DNA from: a virus | Virus record (IMG/VR): IMGVR_UViG_3300037069_000805 | Location: 40,241 to 104,240 of that record | Strand: one strand, 5' to 3' | Length of the DNA: 64,000 nucleotides | Shown: positions 61,900 to 64,000 of the stretch, one piece after another | Layout: every line of letters starts with the position of its first letter | Numbering within the stretch: position 1 is the stretch's first letter | Made by a program: the position numbers and the translations under genes | Notes under the pieces: generated by a model | Database searches by the model: none | What the model was told of the DNA's origin: nothing | The model's input: only the letters and a program-made list of their open reading frames with translations

Positions 61900-62123
61900 A
61901 AACAATACAAAAACAACATCAGATTGTATTAGTTCCTACTGATAAACCTGTAATAGGTGGATTAAATAAAAGAGGAAATAGTATATCTGGACCCATTAAT
62001 TGCCAAGGCTCAGTTCATTGTATAACCGAGAATATAGTTAAAAGAAAAGGTTATACCGTTGATTTAGATATACCTCAACATTTATATATTGTTGACAGTA
62101 GTGAGATTAAAGAATTAACATAA
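61896..62123 (+). CDS. Hypothetical protein; possible N-terminal half of a split gene
   Basis: Ends QHLYIVDSSEIKELT*; TAATG overlap with the HNH gene. Confidence 0.6.
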   Translation: MKTIQKQHQIVLVPTDKPVIGGLNKRGNSISGPINCQGSVHCITENIVKRKGYTVDLDIPQHLYIVDSSEIKELT

Positions 62124-62608
62124 TGGAAGAATGGAAACAAATTGAAGATTATCCTAATTATGAAGTCAATAATGCAGGAGTTATTAGAACTACCAAAAAT
62201 GAATTTACAAGAAAGGAAAGAATCTTAAAGATAAAGAAATCCAATAATGGTTATGTAAGAGTTGGTCTTTGGAAAAATAATAGAGTAAGCTTTAAATCTG
62301 TTCACAGATTAGTAGCTATATATTTTATTCCAAATCCTGACAATCTTCCTGAAGTTAATCATTTAGATGGTGACAAAGAAAATTGTAATGATTGGAATTT
62401 AGAATGGTCAAGCCATATTGATAACTCTAAACACGCTTCTGAAACAGGTTTAATTGCTTCAAGAGAAAGACACGGAAAAACAAATCTAACATCACAAGAT
62501 GTGAAAGATATTAGAGCCTCTGAGCTAAAAGTAACAGAACTTTGTGAAAAGTATAATTTACATAATACAACTATTTATTCAATTAAAAGAGGAGAAACAT
62601 GGAAGTAA
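62123..62608 (+). CDS. NUMOD4-HNH homing endonuclease
   Basis: EEWKQIEDYPNYEVNNAG (NUMOD4); VHRLVA..FIPNP..VNHLDGDKENC..NLEW (HNH). Confidence 0.92.
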   Translation: MEEWKQIEDYPNYEVNNAGVIRTTKNEFTRKERILKIKKSNNGYVRVGLWKNNRVSFKSVHRLVAIYFIPNPDNLPEVNHLDGDKENCNDWNLEWSSHIDNSKHASETGLIASRERHGKTNLTSQDVKDIRASELKVTELCEKYNLHNTTIYSIKRGETWK

Positions 62609-63069
62609 TACAACACAAAGGTAAATGGTATCTTAAATCTAATACAGGTTATAGAGAGATTGTCGCAACAACTAATCCTAAACTTAATAAAGATATAATT
62701 TTCGATAAGAACTATTTTGACGATGGATTTATAAAAGGTTTACCAAAACCAACAGACCAATTCATTCAACAATGGATAGATAAAGGTTATCCTAAGTTTA
62801 TTAATGTGGAATGCGAAGAAACTAAAGTTTATAGATATTTAACTAAAGAAGAACAAATTAAAAGGTATGGTTATAAAGCATCATCTACTCCCTATATGAA
62901 TAATGTTTATTCTAATGAACTTAAAATCTCAAAAAATAATACAATCACTTGTAGTTTTATTGAAGATGATTGGGATAGTATTTTAAATCCTATAAGTGAG
63001 GCTAATAAAGATGATTTAATTAAATATCTTAAAAGATATTTTAACTCACCAACAAAGAAAACTGTGTGA
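62599..63069 (+). CDS. Hypothetical protein; possible C-terminal half of a split gene
   Basis: EIVATTNPKL..LPKPTDQFIQQW..LKISKNNTIT. Confidence 0.6.
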   Translation: MEVIQHKGKWYLKSNTGYREIVATTNPKLNKDIIFDKNYFDDGFIKGLPKPTDQFIQQWIDKGYPKFINVECEETKVYRYLTKEEQIKRYGYKASSTPYMNNVYSNELKISKNNTITCSFIEDDWDSILNPISEANKDDLIKYLKRYFNSPTKKTV

Positions 63070-63898
63070 TATTCAGTTACCCTAATATCAATAATTAACT
63101 TTAAATGTTAATATATAAACTTCTAACTATTGTGGTGAATTAGTCAAAGCCTGTAAAGGACAAGAGTTTGAATCCTCTTATAATTACAATAGTTATGCTT
63201 TAAACTTCTAATACAGGTGATGCTGCACAGCCCTGAATAAAAGAATTCGCTATGGGAGAGCTATTAGAAGTTTATCCTTTAAAACTCTTATAATAATTGG
63301 TCATTATGTTATATCCTGAAAGTGTCGACTTTATTAGGATATGTAATGTGAATTAACACACTGATTTAAAGATAAGAGTTTTATTAATATAGGCTAAACA
63401 TTGATCCTATACAGTATATCAAAATATAGTTCGATTAAGTTCTTGAATTATTATTATTTTGATTAGTATGAAGATATATACAGTAATGTATAATGTGTTG
63501 TTCTCTTGAGAAAGGAATATTAATAAAAGCTGACGGTAAGTAGACAGGAAACTGTAAAAGCTATAAAAACAAGGAAGTACTACTTACAGGCAATAGAGTG
63601 TCAGTTATTTGAAGCTCTACAACACAAATGAGTTCTCAGCATGACCCTATATTATCTTTTAAGGGCTGGCTATACCCCGAAATATAGCGACAAGTAATAA
63701 TATAGGGTGCTAAAAAATAATATAATTTATTTACTTGCTTGAAAATAAATACTAATTCCTGATAACAACTTTTGAACAAAAGAGTTAGAAGCTATTCAGA
63801 GCTGTTGTTTATTAGAGAGATATATACTCATTAAGACTGCCTTGAAATAGTTGGATGAAAGCAGTACCAACAATATATTCCAACACTGAATTGTTGGA
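63067..63898 (+). ncRNA. Second tandem structured-RNA array
   Basis: Perfect 10-13 bp closing stems at 63124-63195, 63201-63274, 63280-63383, 63644-63708, plus multi-stem modules at 63528-63619 and 63836-63898. Confidence 0.55.
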
Positions 63899-63927
63899 CA
63901 AGTAAATTTTTTATTAACTAAATTATT

Positions 63928-64000
63928 ATGAAGAAACTATTATTTATACTATTTATAGTATTAACAACATCATGTGCATCCAAAGGAGGCAACATACATC
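63928..64000 (+). CDS. Lipoprotein, 5' end only
   Basis: MKKLLFILFIVLTTSCASKGG: basic N-terminus, hydrophobic core, lipobox TSC. Confidence 0.65.
   Translation, partial: MKKLLFILFIVLTTSCASKGGNIH

Noticed and set aside
63124-63195. Bona fide tRNA-Tyr
   Set aside because: No D-arm, no 5-bp anticodon stem, no CCA; kept only as a tRNA-like finding
63214-63268. Fluoride riboswitch resemblance (GGUGAUG...AAUUCGCU...AGCUAUU)
   Set aside because: The pseudoknot pairing and the UrAUGAC segment are missing and no gene follows directly
59988-63898. CRISPR array or simple repeat explanation for the non-coding arrays
   Set aside because: No identical direct repeats with regular spacers; modules share structure, not sequence; no cas genes
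1-64000. Stop-codon reassignment as in some Crassvirales
   Set aside because: Standard code gives intact RNAP, TerL, portal, MCP and muzzle; TAG and TGA both end tiled genes

Overview
Very AT-rich 64 kb segment of a crAss-like (Crassvirales-type, phi14:2-like) podovirus of a Bacteroidota host, read in the standard genetic code. Bases 1-59330 are a minus-strand late/structural block: small DNA-binding/Zn-finger genes, PhoH, GroES- and GroEL-like chaperonins, terminase, portal, scaffold, major and auxiliary capsid, ring/hub/fibre proteins, a lysis cassette, muzzle, and the virion cargo cassette with a 2200-aa single-chain virion RNA polymerase (DYDID motif) and a truncated two-zincin giant protein. 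Seven copies of a TT(T/A)GGA-N18-TAnnTT(T/A)G promoter (Bacteroidota sigma70 type) and five intrinsic terminators punctuate this block. Eight free-standing endonuclease genes are present. At ~59400 the strand switches to a plus-strand, presumably early region where short ORFs alternate with two dense arrays of tandem stem-loops. The most striking observations: (i) the three giant cargo proteins carry cysteines at the termini that face each other in gene order (C1542 | C3...C2200 | C3), and the two fully visible ones have no other Cys, suggesting head-to-tail linkage of ejection proteins; (ii) the structured non-coding arrays; (iii) an HNH gene that appears to split a phage gene without an intron. 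All family assignments come from motif recognition and synteny by eye; no searches or folding programs were run.
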